From Thermoanaerobaculia bacterium (GTDB lineage Bacteria > Acidobacteriota > Thermoanaerobaculia > UBA5066): a stretch of DNA of 64,000 bases. Location of the stretch: positions 96,001-160,000 of the forward strand of contig CAWFJJ010000030.1 of assembly GCA_963816185.1 (NCBI GenBank). The letters run 5' to 3'. Under the pieces are notes generated by a model that was given only the letters and a program-made list of their open reading frames with translations, had not been told where the DNA came from and did no database searches. The first letter of the stretch is position 1. Each line of letters opens with the position of its first letter. Below are positions 10,008 to 19,103 of this stretch, piece after piece. The position numbers and the translations under genes are program-made.

Positions 10008-11447
10008 ATGGTAAATAATCAGGCACCACCGACATCGGAAGAAGCCAGCGGGCTGAAGCTCTGCGAAATAGGGCAGGAGTGCGTTGTCCCTCCCGGAACC
10101 CGCATCGTCAGCCAGGGAGAAACCCCGGAATTTTTCTATGTGATTCAGTCCGGTCGAGTGCGGGTCTTTCGGGAGACGGCAGACGGCATCCGGACCCCGT
10201 TGACGGAATTGAGCGCCGGCACTTATTTCGGCGAAGTGGCCCTGGTGACCGGCCAGCCTCGCACCGCCTCAGTGGAGTCCATAGAAGAATCCGTCCTGAT
10301 CAAGGTCTCCAAGGAAGAATTCGACCGGCTGTTGGACGATAACCCCAGACTGGCCCGCCATATTATCAATCAATTGGCCAATTGGTTGGTGACCGGGGAT
10401 AGGCGCCTGGAAAAAGAGGTGGTGCACCAGGTGAAGCTGCGCCAGATCTCCTGGTTCGACTATGCCCTCATGATCGGTTTGAGTATTATTTTTGGCGTGG
10501 TCTTTAACATTTACAACGACAATAAAATCCCGCTCATTTACGGCTGGGGCGAAAAGAACGTTATTCCCGAGATTTCTCTGACCCAGGCCCAGGAAGAGTA
10601 CCAGAAGAACCAGGTCATTTTCGTCGATGCCAGGAAAAGCGCCTTCTTTGAACAGGAGCATATCAAGGGCGCCATGAACTTGCCGCTGGTTCTGTATGAT
10701 TTGATGTTTCCCATGTTTCAGTTCACCCTGGAGCAGACCCCGGGGACCAAGGACAAGACCATTATTGTCTACGGCGGTTCGTTTAGCCGGCGGTTCGACC
10801 TCGAACTGGCCCGCCTGTTGAAAAACAAGGTTGCGAACAAGGTGGTGGCATTAAAAGACTACTCCGGCTGGGAGCACACCTTTCCTTTGGAAGAGAAGCC
10901 GCCCAAAGAAGGCGCCGCCATCTCGCTGGGTCTGGCGGGTCTGCTCGAATCGCTGCCGTTGTCCATTTTCCTGCTCATCCTAATTCCTCCCATCCGCCGC
11001 AGCCCTTACATGTCAATGGTTTGCCGACTGCTTCTGGGGGCTATCTTTATTTCCTTTGCCTTGAGCAAAATTTTGCGGCCGGCGGTCTTTGCCTTGAACA
11101 CGGTGGATTATGGCATGATGCCCGCCTGGGGGGTGAATCTCTGGGCCCTCGCCTTGCCGTGGGCCGAACTGGTGGTCGGGTTGTTCCTGGTTCTGGGCAT
11201 CCGGACCCGGGCGGCGGCTACCCTGATCGGGACCATGGAAGTTATCTTTATCGTCGGTCTGGTCAACGCCATTTTTCACCATCTGCCGATTAACTGCGGC
11301 TGTGTCGGTGAAGTGGGTGAGCCGGTTAACTGGTTGAAAGTCCTCAAAAATACCGGAGGGTTAATCATGTGCATCCAAATTTTCTTCTACGATCGTTTTT
11401 TCGTCTTGGATCGTGGAGGCTTCACCTTGCGGGATAGATCGATATGA
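10008..11447 (+). CDS. Fusion protein: cNMP-binding domain + TM + rhodanese-like domain (no catalytic Cys) + MauE/DoxX membrane domain
   Basis: FYVIQSGRVRV…YFGEVALVTGQPRTASV (cNMP); FVDARK…HIKGAMNLP…IIVYGGS (rhodanese); RLLLGAIFISFALSKI…LPWAELVVG…INCGCVG (MauE). Confidence 0.85.
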   Translation: MVNNQAPPTSEEASGLKLCEIGQECVVPPGTRIVSQGETPEFFYVIQSGRVRVFRETADGIRTPLTELSAGTYFGEVALVTGQPRTASVESIEESVLIKVSKEEFDRLLDDNPRLARHIINQLANWLVTGDRRLEKEVVHQVKLRQISWFDYALMIGLSIIFGVVFNIYNDNKIPLIYGWGEKNVIPEISLTQAQEEYQKNQVIFVDARKSAFFEQEHIKGAMNLPLVLYDLMFPMFQFTLEQTPGTKDKTIIVYGGSFSRRFDLELARLLKNKVANKVVALKDYSGWEHTFPLEEKPPKEGAAISLGLAGLLESLPLSIFLLILIPPIRRSPYMSMVCRLLLGAIFISFALSKILRPAVFALNTVDYGMMPAWGVNLWALALPWAELVVGLFLVLGIRTRAAATLIGTMEVIFIVGLVNAIFHHLPINCGCVGEVGEPVNWLKVLKNTGGLIMCIQIFFYDRFFVLDRGGFTLRDRSI

Positions 11448-11821
11448 AGAGAGAACTGCTGACGATAGCCGCGGTCCTTGGGTTGCTCCTGGTTTGCCTG
11501 GGCCTGGGAGGTTGCGGGGAGTCTCGCTCTCCCTTCGCCGGGACCTATCGGTCTGAGGAGACCTTTGCCGGGAATAAATACATCGACCTTGACCTGAAAG
11601 AGGATGGCAAGGGGACTTGGAGTCTGGCGGGGAAAACCGTGGAATTCACCTGGGTGGTGAACGAGGGCAAGGTCTGGATGTATCTCAGGACCGGGGGCAT
11701 CGTCATCGCCACCCCCAGCGACGAGGGCAAGAAGTTGTCGCTGGACATGACCGGCGACTGGCATCCCGGTTGTCCGCCCAATGCCTGTGTGACCTTTAAG
11801 CGGATCAAGGAAGGAGGATAA
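11444..11821 (+). CDS. Putative lipoprotein with C-terminal CPPNAC
   Basis: Lipobox-like LGGC after hydrophobic signal; ATGA overlap with upstream gene. Confidence 0.7.
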   Translation: MKRELLTIAAVLGLLLVCLGLGGCGESRSPFAGTYRSEETFAGNKYIDLDLKEDGKGTWSLAGKTVEFTWVVNEGKVWMYLRTGGIVIATPSDEGKKLSLDMTGDWHPGCPPNACVTFKRIKEGG

Positions 11822-11864
11822 GGCAATATTTAATCTGGCAACCCCGGGGGCGAAAATCAAGACG

Positions 11865-13031
11865 TTGAGCCTCCTGGGGATTTTTGTACTGGCCGTGGGA
11901 AGTCTTCTCAGTCCCAGGATGGGGTGGGGAGCCGCTACTGTGGAAGTTCGCCGCCTGGGTTTGAGCCGGGTGGGAGAAAACACCTTGTTGACCATCGTCC
12001 TGGATCGGACGGCGGAGCCGCAAATCACTGCCGCCAAGACCTCGGGAAAACCCCAATTGGTGGTGGAATTCCCCCAGGCCCGGGCTGGGAACCTGCCGAG
12101 CCGCCTGGAAGGGGATGATATCTTGGTGGAGCAAGTGGAAACCCAGTCCGCTGCCAGGGGGGTGAGGATCACCCTTGACCTGTTCCCGGACCAACCCTAT
12201 TCTTACTGGCGACAGAGTCGACCCGGCCTCGGAGGCCAGACCCTGTTCATCCTGGGTCTGAAGCCCGACACCTCGGGCCGCGGCCTGACGCAGATGCGGC
12301 CACCGGCGGGACCGGCGCCGACGCCTTCCGCCAGCCCTTCACTACCGGCGAGGGAGCCGGAGTACGCCACCCCGCCTCCGACGGAGCCTCCTGTGGAGGA
12401 GTACAAACCAGCGGCGCCCTCCGGGAACGTGGTTCCCGGCAGCTTTGCCGATTTGCGCCAACTGATACCCCGGGCCGGGGCGCTGCTGCAAAGCCTGGAA
12501 AACGAGGGCTGGAGCGTCGGCGAATCCCATAATTATAACCGGCCGGGCCAACGCAATTTTCGGGATTTTACTCTGTCAAACCGGAAGTACCCGGAATTGG
12601 CGGTGAAGATTGTGTATATGCCGTCTAATTCGCCCGGAACTCCCAATATCGGCATTGTCAGCCTGACTACCGACAATTGGTCGAGTGAGGCCGCCACCAA
12701 ATATCAGAGCCTGCGCCAGTGGAGTTTCGGCCGTATTAAGAAGGACTATGAAGATATCGGCGATTTCTTCGAGGATGCTTTGAAACCCCTGCGGGTGACT
12801 CTGCGGGAAGAGACCAAGTCTCTGGTGCTCAAAGATGCCGTGGTCTTCACGAATTTTGTGCAGGCCGCCTCCGGCAACCCCCAGGTGGCCGAGAAAGTCA
12901 TGAGCCACGTGCGGGAGAAAGTGAATCCTCGATTCGAAGGGGTGCAATACACCGTCTCGGAAAACCCCCTGATCATTCTCAATCAGGTGGATTTTCTTTA
13001 TGTGAAGGTCTATTTTCTGGATTCCAAGTAA
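11865..13031 (+). CDS. Exported protein with AMIN-like N-terminal domain, Pro-rich linker and unknown C-terminal domain
   Basis: Signal-like N-term; LTIVLDR…PQLVVEFP…VRITLDL pattern; PAGPAPTPSASP linker; start uncertain. Confidence 0.6.
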   Translation: MSLLGIFVLAVGSLLSPRMGWGAATVEVRRLGLSRVGENTLLTIVLDRTAEPQITAAKTSGKPQLVVEFPQARAGNLPSRLEGDDILVEQVETQSAARGVRITLDLFPDQPYSYWRQSRPGLGGQTLFILGLKPDTSGRGLTQMRPPAGPAPTPSASPSLPAREPEYATPPPTEPPVEEYKPAAPSGNVVPGSFADLRQLIPRAGALLQSLENEGWSVGESHNYNRPGQRNFRDFTLSNRKYPELAVKIVYMPSNSPGTPNIGIVSLTTDNWSSEAATKYQSLRQWSFGRIKKDYEDIGDFFEDALKPLRVTLREETKSLVLKDAVVFTNFVQAASGNPQVAEKVMSHVREKVNPRFEGVQYTVSENPLIILNQVDFLYVKVYFLDSK

Positions 13032-13042
13032 GGAGGTGGACC

Positions 13043-13267
13043 GTGGCTAAGGAAATTACCATCTTCGGCAAGCAGTCCTGACCCTTCACCCTCAAGGCCC
13101 GGGAGGCCAAGAGTAAAGAGGGTTTTACCGTAATTTATAAGGATGTGATCCAAAGTTCCCAGGCCATGGAGGAGATGCAGGGCCTCATCCCGGGCAATCG
13201 CCGGGTGCCGGTGCTGCTGGAAGACGGCCAGGTGAGCATCGGCTTCGGCGGCGCCTGAAAGGCTTGA
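13043..13267 (+). CDS. Glutaredoxin-like selenoprotein with two in-frame UGA (Uxx-star type), 74 aa; not in ORF track
   Basis: AGGAGG RBS + GTG; MAKEITIFGKQS-U-PFTLKAREAKSKEGFTVIYKDVIQSSQAMEEMQGLIPGNRRVPVLLEDGQVSIGFGGA-U-KA*; UGA at 13079 and 13256; Grx VP and GF motifs lie after the first UGA. Confidence 0.88.
13091..13113 (+). promoter_or_regulatory. SECIS-like hairpin for UGA 13079
   Basis: ctc-aa-ggcc-cggga-ggcc-aa-gag starting about 10 nt after the UGA. Confidence 0.55.
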
Positions 13268-13270
13268 GTC

Positions 13271-13292
13271 ACCCACGGTCGTGGGTTTTTTT
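13271..13292 (+). promoter_or_regulatory. SECIS-like hairpin for UGA 13256, also resembling an intrinsic terminator
   Basis: acccac-ggtc-gtgggt 12 nt after the UGA, GGUC loop, followed by a T-run. Confidence 0.65.
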
Positions 13293-13775
13293 GCACAAAT
13301 CTGAGTAATCGGCTGGATCAAGGGCCGGGAGGTGGTAGCAAACCACCCCCGGCTTTTTTTCCACTATCTCCCGCCGGATTGCTTCGCAAGATTTCTTAAT
13401 GCCCTTGTACCGGCTTACTGGGAACGGGAAGAGGGCGTAGATGCTGGCCGAAACCACAATTTTTGCCAGAAGTCGGGTAGAAAGGAGCCCGATGGCTAAC
13501 TAAAATAAATAAAATAATTAAAGATTGAGTAACATATCTTAATTATTATTAAAATAGGTATAAAAAACGCATTAATAAAAATTCAGTTTTATGATTATAA
13601 AAAATGTCCCACTCTGAAGCATAAAATGAGCTTAAATGCTGGAAAATAACCCCATTATTGGGAAAATGGACGCGCTTTTTGCCACAGAAATTGTCAGGGA
13701 GGCGTGGGCAAATTTATTTATGGCGATTATTATTTAAGATTATCTGATGGTTATCAATATTGGTGAAATTTTTTC

Positions 13776-13804
13776 TTGACAGGCCGATCAATTGGCCATA
13801 AGAT
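13776..13804 (+). promoter_or_regulatory. Sigma-70 promoter
   Basis: TTGACA-N17-TAAGAT. Confidence 0.75.
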
Positions 13805-13810
13805 GGTTCA

Positions 13811-13986
13811 AACAATCACAAAGGTCCTTTGGGTCGTGCGCTAGTGCACTTAACCAATGGCTTTTGGGGATAGGAACCTGAGACCGGGCGGCCGTCAATA
13901 CCGGGGATGTTCCCCGGCGAAGCGACCCTAGGCTGAAGGCGTCAAATTACTACCAAGAAATCCGGGGCTGCGGCCCCAATTTTTTC
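13811..13986 (+). ncRNA. Candidate structured leader RNA or sRNA (class unassigned) ending in a terminator-like hairpin
   Basis: gggtcgt (13831) pairs with gcgaccc (13922); internal hairpins gtgcgctagtgcac and ccggggatgttccccgg; ggggc-tgcg-gcccc + T-run at 13964-13986. Confidence 0.5.
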
Positions 13987-14059
13987 CTGGCGGTTCCTTT
14001 TTTCAAGTTATTCCCCAGCCATCGAAGCAAGCCTGAACTGTCTGCAAAGGGAGGGAGCC

Positions 14060-14422
14060 ATGAAAACGATGGCTTTAGTTTGCCTGATCGGGGTTGGGGT
14101 CTTCTGTGCCCCCCGACCTACCATGTGCGTCACCATGTCCATCGTGACGGTCACCGCTTATCACCATTGCCCGGGCTCCAGAGGCATCACGGCCTCCGGG
14201 GAACGGGTCAGGACCGGGATCATCGCGGTCAGCCGGGATCTGGAGAGAAATTTGAGTCTCGATTTTGGCGATCGAGTCTTACTGCATGGCTATGGGGTAT
14301 TCCAGGTTCAGGACCTCATGGCCCCCCGTTGGAACAGAAGAGTAGATATCTACCTGGATAACCAGAGAAAAGCCTGCGATTTCGGGTTGCGGCGCTATGT
14401 AGTCCTGGTCAAACTCGTCTGA
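14060..14422 (+). CDS. 3D-domain (cell-wall hydrolase-like) exported protein
   Basis: VTVTAY…GITASG…IIAVSRDL…VQDLM…RVDIY; GGGAGG RBS. Confidence 0.88.
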   Translation: MKTMALVCLIGVGVFCAPRPTMCVTMSIVTVTAYHHCPGSRGITASGERVRTGIIAVSRDLERNLSLDFGDRVLLHGYGVFQVQDLMAPRWNRRVDIYLDNQRKACDFGLRRYVVLVKLV

Positions 14423-14434
14423 CGACGCCTGCCC

Positions 14435-14995
14435 TTATTTAACTCGCTCAATATAAGCGCCGGTGCGGGTGTCCACCTTGACCCGGTCCCCTTCATTGAT
14501 AAACAGGGGCACCTGGACGGTGGCGCCGCTTTCCAGGGTCGCGGGTTTGGTCCCCCCCGCGGCGGTGTCGCCCTTGACCCCGGGTTCGGTCTGGGCTATG
14601 GCCAGTTCCACGAAGTTGGGCAGCTCCACGGTGATCGGCTGTTTATTATAGAACAGGACCTCGACGTTCAGGTTGTCAATCAGGTAGAGGCGCCCGTCCC
14701 CCATCTGCTCTTCGGTGAGCATGATCTGTTCATAAGTCTCGTTGTCCATCATGCAGTAGCGGTCGCCTTCCCGGTAGAGATACTGCATCTCCTTTTCCTC
14801 TAGGTCCGGCTTCTCCACCTTTTCTCCGGAGCGGAAGGTCTGGTCCACCACCCGGCCATTGAGCAGGTTCTTCAGCTTGGTGCGGACGAAGGCGCCGCCT
14901 TTGCCGGGTTTGACGTGTTGAAAGTCCACGATGACATATGGAATACCGTCTATTTCGACCTTGAGGCCTTTCTTGAATTCAGCAGTGGAATACAT
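14435..14995 (-). CDS. efp: Elongation factor P
   Basis: [41 protein letters not shown]. Confidence 0.98.
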   Translation of the reverse strand: MYSTAEFKKGLKVEIDGIPYVIVDFQHVKPGKGGAFVRTKLKNLLNGRVVDQTFRSGEKVEKPDLEEKEMQYLYREGDRYCMMDNETYEQIMLTEEQMGDGRLYLIDNLNVEVLFYNKQPITVELPNFVELAIAQTEPGVKGDTAAGGTKPATLESGATVQVPLFINEGDRVKVDTRTGAYIERVK

Positions 14996-15117
14996 GTCTA
15001 ACTATCCTTTCTTAAAATGAAATAAGATGAAATTTCTCCCCCAAGGCGCCTTTAGGCAGACCAACCATGCTTCGGCCAATCCCAGTCGCGGGGAAATTTA
15101 GCAGATAACCTTCAGGG

Positions 15118-15594
15118 CTACTGAACGTTGTTGGAGCCGGGTTTGGGCGCCCCCTCCAGGAAATGCCAGGCCCACGACTGTTGGCGGGCCTTCGGCGGCT
15201 CTCCGGGTTTGGCCTGGGGTTCAACTGCAGGGGCCACACTGGGCGCGGCGGCTGGAGAGGTCTGCTTGCTTTCCCGGCCGGGAGGCAACTGAAAGATTAT
15301 TTCGTTTTTTTTGACGAAATTCAACTCCCGCCGGATGAATTCCTGGATCATTTCCGGATCGTTCCGCAAGCGATCAATGGTGCGGGTCAAGCGGGCGTTT
15401 TCTTCCGCCAGGCGGGCGTTGTCCTGATCCAGCCGGACCCGGTCGTGACGGAAACGATAGATCTGATAAAGGCCGCGGTGGCTGAAAAGTACCAAGGCAA
15501 CCACCAGCAGCCCCAGGGCAACGGCCACCCCGGCGAGCAGTTTATGGCTACCCTTGGCCTCGAGGCCCTCGACCTGAGTAGTCGACGAAGTCAT
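15118..15594 (-). CDS. ftsB: Septum formation initiator FtsB/DivIC family
   Basis: Single TM then coiled coil, LRNDPEMIQEFIRRELNFVKKNEIIF; start moved to the ATG with GGGGAG RBS. Confidence 0.8.
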   Translation of the reverse strand: MTSSTTQVEGLEAKGSHKLLAGVAVALGLLVVALVLFSHRGLYQIYRFRHDRVRLDQDNARLAEENARLTRTIDRLRNDPEMIQEFIRRELNFVKKNEIIFQLPPGRESKQTSPAAAPSVAPAVEPQAKPGEPPKARQQSWAWHFLEGAPKPGSNNVQ

Positions 15595-15769
15595 GTTCTC
15601 CCCCCAAACCAGACTTCTTGACTGAATAATGCCTGAAAAACCTGACAGATGCAAGCAAAAACGGCTGTTTTAGAGGACTTAGCCCGGCGAAAGCGTTTTT
15701 TTTACCGATGGGGGGAACATGGTCAGGGCGGTTCTCGAACCGTCCTTTACTCTGGCCCCTGATCCCTGA

Positions 15770-16299
15770 CCCCTGACCCCGGCCTTTCCTGGGCCGCCCG
15801 AATCTGGTCCAGAATGGCGTTGACAAAGCCGCCGGAGTCTTCGCTGCCGTAACGCTTGGCCAGTCTATGGCCTCGTTGATCACCACCTTGGGAGGAATTT
15901 TGGGGATATAAAGGAGTTCAGAGGCGGCCAGTCGCAGAAGATTGAGATCCATCACGGTCATGCGTTCCAGTCGCCAATGCTCGGAATAGCGGGCGATAAG
16001 GGCATCCAACTCCTCCCGGTGAACCGCCACCTCCTGCACCAGATTCCTGCAGATAAGCGGGAGGCGCATAATTTATGAGACTTATCTGGGTGAGTCGGCG
16101 CACCGGGCCGACTCTGAGGCCGATATTCTTAAATGGAATTAATTTGGCACGGCCCTTTCTGGCTCGAATAATTAATAAAGGTCCAAAGTGGCTCCAGAAA
16201 CGCTCCAGGTCCTCCCGGCCAGCGACCCCCGACAAAATCGGCCTGATAAAGAAATTTCAGCGCCCATTCCCGGCACTGGCTGCGGGAATAAGCCGCCAA
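15770..16299 (-). pseudogene. nusB: NusB antitermination factor, disrupted by frameshifts and a ~110-nt insertion (possibly an assembly artefact); ends approximate
   Basis: Pieces RSQCREWALKFLYQAD, EDLERFWSHF, LDALIARYSEHWRLERM…LLRLA…IPPKVVINEAI, AKRYGSEDSGGFVNAILD; canonical position after ribH. Confidence 0.85.
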
Positions 16300-16302
16300 A
16301 AA

Positions 16303-16770
16303 TCAGGCCCCCAGGCCTTTCAGGAGATTGACCATTTCAATGGCGGCCTCCGCCGCGGCAAAGCCCTTGTTGCCCGCCTTGCTGCCGGCCCGCTCGATGG
16401 CCTGCTCCAGGGTGTCGGTGGTGAGAATCCCGAAGGAGATGGGCATGCCGGACTCCAGGCTCACCATCGCGATGCCTTTGCTCACTTCCGCGGCCACGTA
16501 ATCGAAATGGGGCGTAGAACCCCGAATCACCGCGCCCAGGCAGATCACGCCATCATAAGCCTTGGACTGCGCCAGGCGTTTGACCACCACCGGAATCTCC
16601 CAGGCCCCGGGCACCCGCGCCACCATGAGGTCGTCTTCCGCCACTCCCTGGCGCCGCAGGCAATCCAGGGCGCCCTCCAGCAGGCGCTCGGTAATAAAGG
16701 AATTGAAGCGGCTGACCACCAGGGCGAATTTCAGGCCTGCACCGCTGAGCTTGCCTTCGACTGTACGCAT
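16303..16770 (-). CDS. ribH: 6,7-dimethyl-8-ribityllumazine synthase
   Basis: [43 protein letters not shown]. Confidence 0.98.
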   Translation of the reverse strand: MRTVEGKLSGAGLKFALVVSRFNSFITERLLEGALDCLRRQGVAEDDLMVARVPGAWEIPVVVKRLAQSKAYDGVICLGAVIRGSTPHFDYVAAEVSKGIAMVSLESGMPISFGILTTDTLEQAIERAGSKAGNKGFAAAEAAIEMVNLLKGLGA

Positions 16771-16923
16771 CCTTCCCCCTTTTTGGTGTACAATTGTTCT
16801 CGTTCCGAGCTTGCTTGTGAGGCAAATTTTAAACGAGGCTAGCTGCGTAATCCAAAGACCAGGTTGAGAACTAAAGGCTCTTTCTCCGGTTACCCTTTTC
16901 CCCTTTCGCCTTTTCCCCCTGCT

Positions 16924-18132
16924 TTAACTTTCCACCAGTTTCAACATATGCCCCATCTTTTGGCATTTGGTTTTCAGGTAATTGCGATTCACCCGGTTGG
17001 GCGGGATCTCCAGGGCCACCCGCTCTACCATGTTGAGGCCGTAGCCTTCCAGGCCGATGATCTTCTTGGGGTTGTTGGTCATCAGGCGCATCTTGCGCAC
17101 CCCCAGGTCCCGGAGGATCTGGGCTCCGATGCCGTAATCCCTGAGGTCCGCCTTGAAGCCCAGGGCCTCGTTGGCTTCCACCGTATCGGCGCCCTGGTCC
17201 TGCAGTTCATAGGCCCGCAGTTTGTTGACCAGGCCGATGCCCCGGCCCTCCTGGTGCATATAGAGGATGATGCCTTTGCCTTCGCATTCCACCAGTTGCA
17301 TGGCGGCTTCCAACTGGTCGCCGCAGTCGCAGCGCAGCGAATGGAAGACGTCGCCGGTGACGCACTCGGAATGGACCCGCACCAGGACCGGCTCGGCGGG
17401 GTCGATCTCCCCCTTCACCAGGGCCATGTGCTGGTTGTCGTCCACGTCATTGTCGTAAGCCACCGCAGTGAACTCACCATAGTAGGTAGGCAGCTTGACC
17501 ACGGCCCGGCGGTGTACGAAGGACTCGTGGCGCAGCCGGTACTCCACCAGGTCGGCGATGGTGGCGATCTTGATATTATGCTCGACCGCGAATTTTTCCA
17601 GGTCCGGCATCCGGGCCATGGTGCCGTCGTCCTTCATGACCTCGCAGATGACCGCGGCGCCCTTCAGCCCCGCCAGGCGGGTCAGGTCCGTGGAGCCCTC
17701 GGTCTGGCCGGTGCGCACCAGCACCCCGCCCTTGCGGGCCCGGATGGGAAAGACGTGGCCGGGGCTCACCAGGTCATCCGGCCGGGTGTGATCCGCCACC
17801 GCGGTGAGGATGGTGGTGGCCCGGTCTGCCGCGGAGATGCCGGTGGTCACCCCCCGGCGGGCCTCGACGGAGACGGTGAAGGCCGTCTTGAAGCCCGACT
17901 GGTTGTCGCGCACCATCTGGGGCAGTTGCAGGCGCTCCACCAGGGGCGGATCCAGGGCCAGGCAGACGAGGCCCCGGCCGAAACGAGCCATGAAATTGAC
18001 GGCCTCCGGGGTCACCAACTCCGCGGCCATGGTCAGGTCACCTTCGTTTTCCCGGTCTTCGTCGTCCACCAGGATGATCATCTTCCCCTGGCGCATATCT
18101 TCGATGGCTGCTTCAATAGGTGCTATCGACAT
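16924..18132 (-). CDS. ribBA: Bifunctional DHBP synthase / GTP cyclohydrolase II
   Basis: [30 protein letters not shown]…RCDCG, QEGRGIG, TNNPKK. Confidence 0.98.
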   Translation of the reverse strand: MSIAPIEAAIEDMRQGKMIILVDDEDRENEGDLTMAAELVTPEAVNFMARFGRGLVCLALDPPLVERLQLPQMVRDNQSGFKTAFTVSVEARRGVTTGISAADRATTILTAVADHTRPDDLVSPGHVFPIRARKGGVLVRTGQTEGSTDLTRLAGLKGAAVICEVMKDDGTMARMPDLEKFAVEHNIKIATIADLVEYRLRHESFVHRRAVVKLPTYYGEFTAVAYDNDVDDNQHMALVKGEIDPAEPVLVRVHSECVTGDVFHSLRCDCGDQLEAAMQLVECEGKGIILYMHQEGRGIGLVNKLRAYELQDQGADTVEANEALGFKADLRDYGIGAQILRDLGVRKMRLMTNNPKKIIGLEGYGLNMVERVALEIPPNRVNRNYLKTKCQKMGHMLKLVES

Positions 18133-18225
18133 AATTAAATTCCTGTTTTCCGTTTCTTATATTATTTCGGTGGCACAGGCCTCTGGCCTGTGATTCTCTT
18201 CTTACTGCTCACTGCTCACTGCTCC

Positions 18226-18871
18226 TTACAAAAACCCGTGCCGGGCCAGCAGCTCCGCCGTGACCCCCTCCTCCTGCGGACGCCTCTCGCCCCAGCATCC
18301 GGGCCACGTACTTGCCGATGAGGTCCGTTTCCAGGTTGACCCGGTCCCCCACCTTCAAGGCGGCCAGGGTGGTTTCCTGGGCGGTATGGGGGATGATGTT
18401 CACCGTGAAGGTGTTGCCCTGCACCGCGTTCACCGTCAGGGAAACCCCGTCCACCGCGATGGAGCCCTTCTCGATGACGAAGCGGCTCAAGGCTTCGGGC
18501 AGCTCGATGTGTAATTGAAAATAGGCCGGTCCGTCCCGGCGCTGCCGCACCGCGCCGGCCGCGTCCACGTGGCCGGTGACCAGGTGGCCGCCCAGACGGT
18601 CGCCAAGTCTAAGTGATCTTTCTAAGTTTACCCGGTCGCCCACCTTTTTCAAGGGGAAAGTGGTGCGGGCCAGGGTCTCGGGCGACACCTCGAAGCTGGC
18701 CGCGGGCGGATTAATGGCCACCACCGTCAGGCAGGCCCCGGCCACCGCCACTGACTCCCCCAGGACCAACTCTGCGGCTGGAAAGGCAGTCTTGACCACA
18801 ATCCTGAGCCCTTCCGCCTGGGGCGTGAGCCCGACGATCTCTCCCACCCCTTCCACTAAACCGGTAAACAT
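18226..18871 (-). CDS. ribE: Riboflavin synthase (alpha chain); 3' frameshift
   Basis: MFTGLVE, VNLERSL…GGHLVTGHVD, KGSIAVDGVSLTVN; natural end VTAELLARHGFL* in another frame. Confidence 0.95.
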
Positions 18872-19103
18872 GTATGAATTTCCTGAATGGCGAATTTATT
18901 TTGTAATTTTACAATTATTACGGCGAAAGCGCAAACGCCTTTCTCCAGAAAAAACGGCGCCTATTCGAGGCGCCGCTTTTTACAATATGATGCGACTGGT
19001 GGGGCGGGCCTCCGTGCCCGCCTTCCGGTGGGCGGCCAGAGACGGCTGCCCCACCTGTCTTAGTGGAACCGCCCAGGGCGGCGGTGCCACCTTTACTCGT
19101 CCC

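Noticed and set aside
13010-13321. 103-aa minus-strand ORF
   Set aside because: Antisense shadow of the selenoprotein gene; no motif or RBS
13500-13760. AT-rich stretch as oriC or foreign DNA
   Set aside because: No DnaA-box cluster or ORF seen; better explained as the upstream regulatory region of the promoter at 13776
1078-18871. Mass pseudogenisation or programmed frameshifting (acpS, ribE, GT2, lipocalin, nusB)
   Set aside because: Single-base indels, including in essential genes, fit uncorrected long-read error better
18871-19100. FMN riboswitch upstream of the rib genes
   Set aside because: No RFN consensus visible; the region holds an AT-rich promoter-like stretch and REP hairpins
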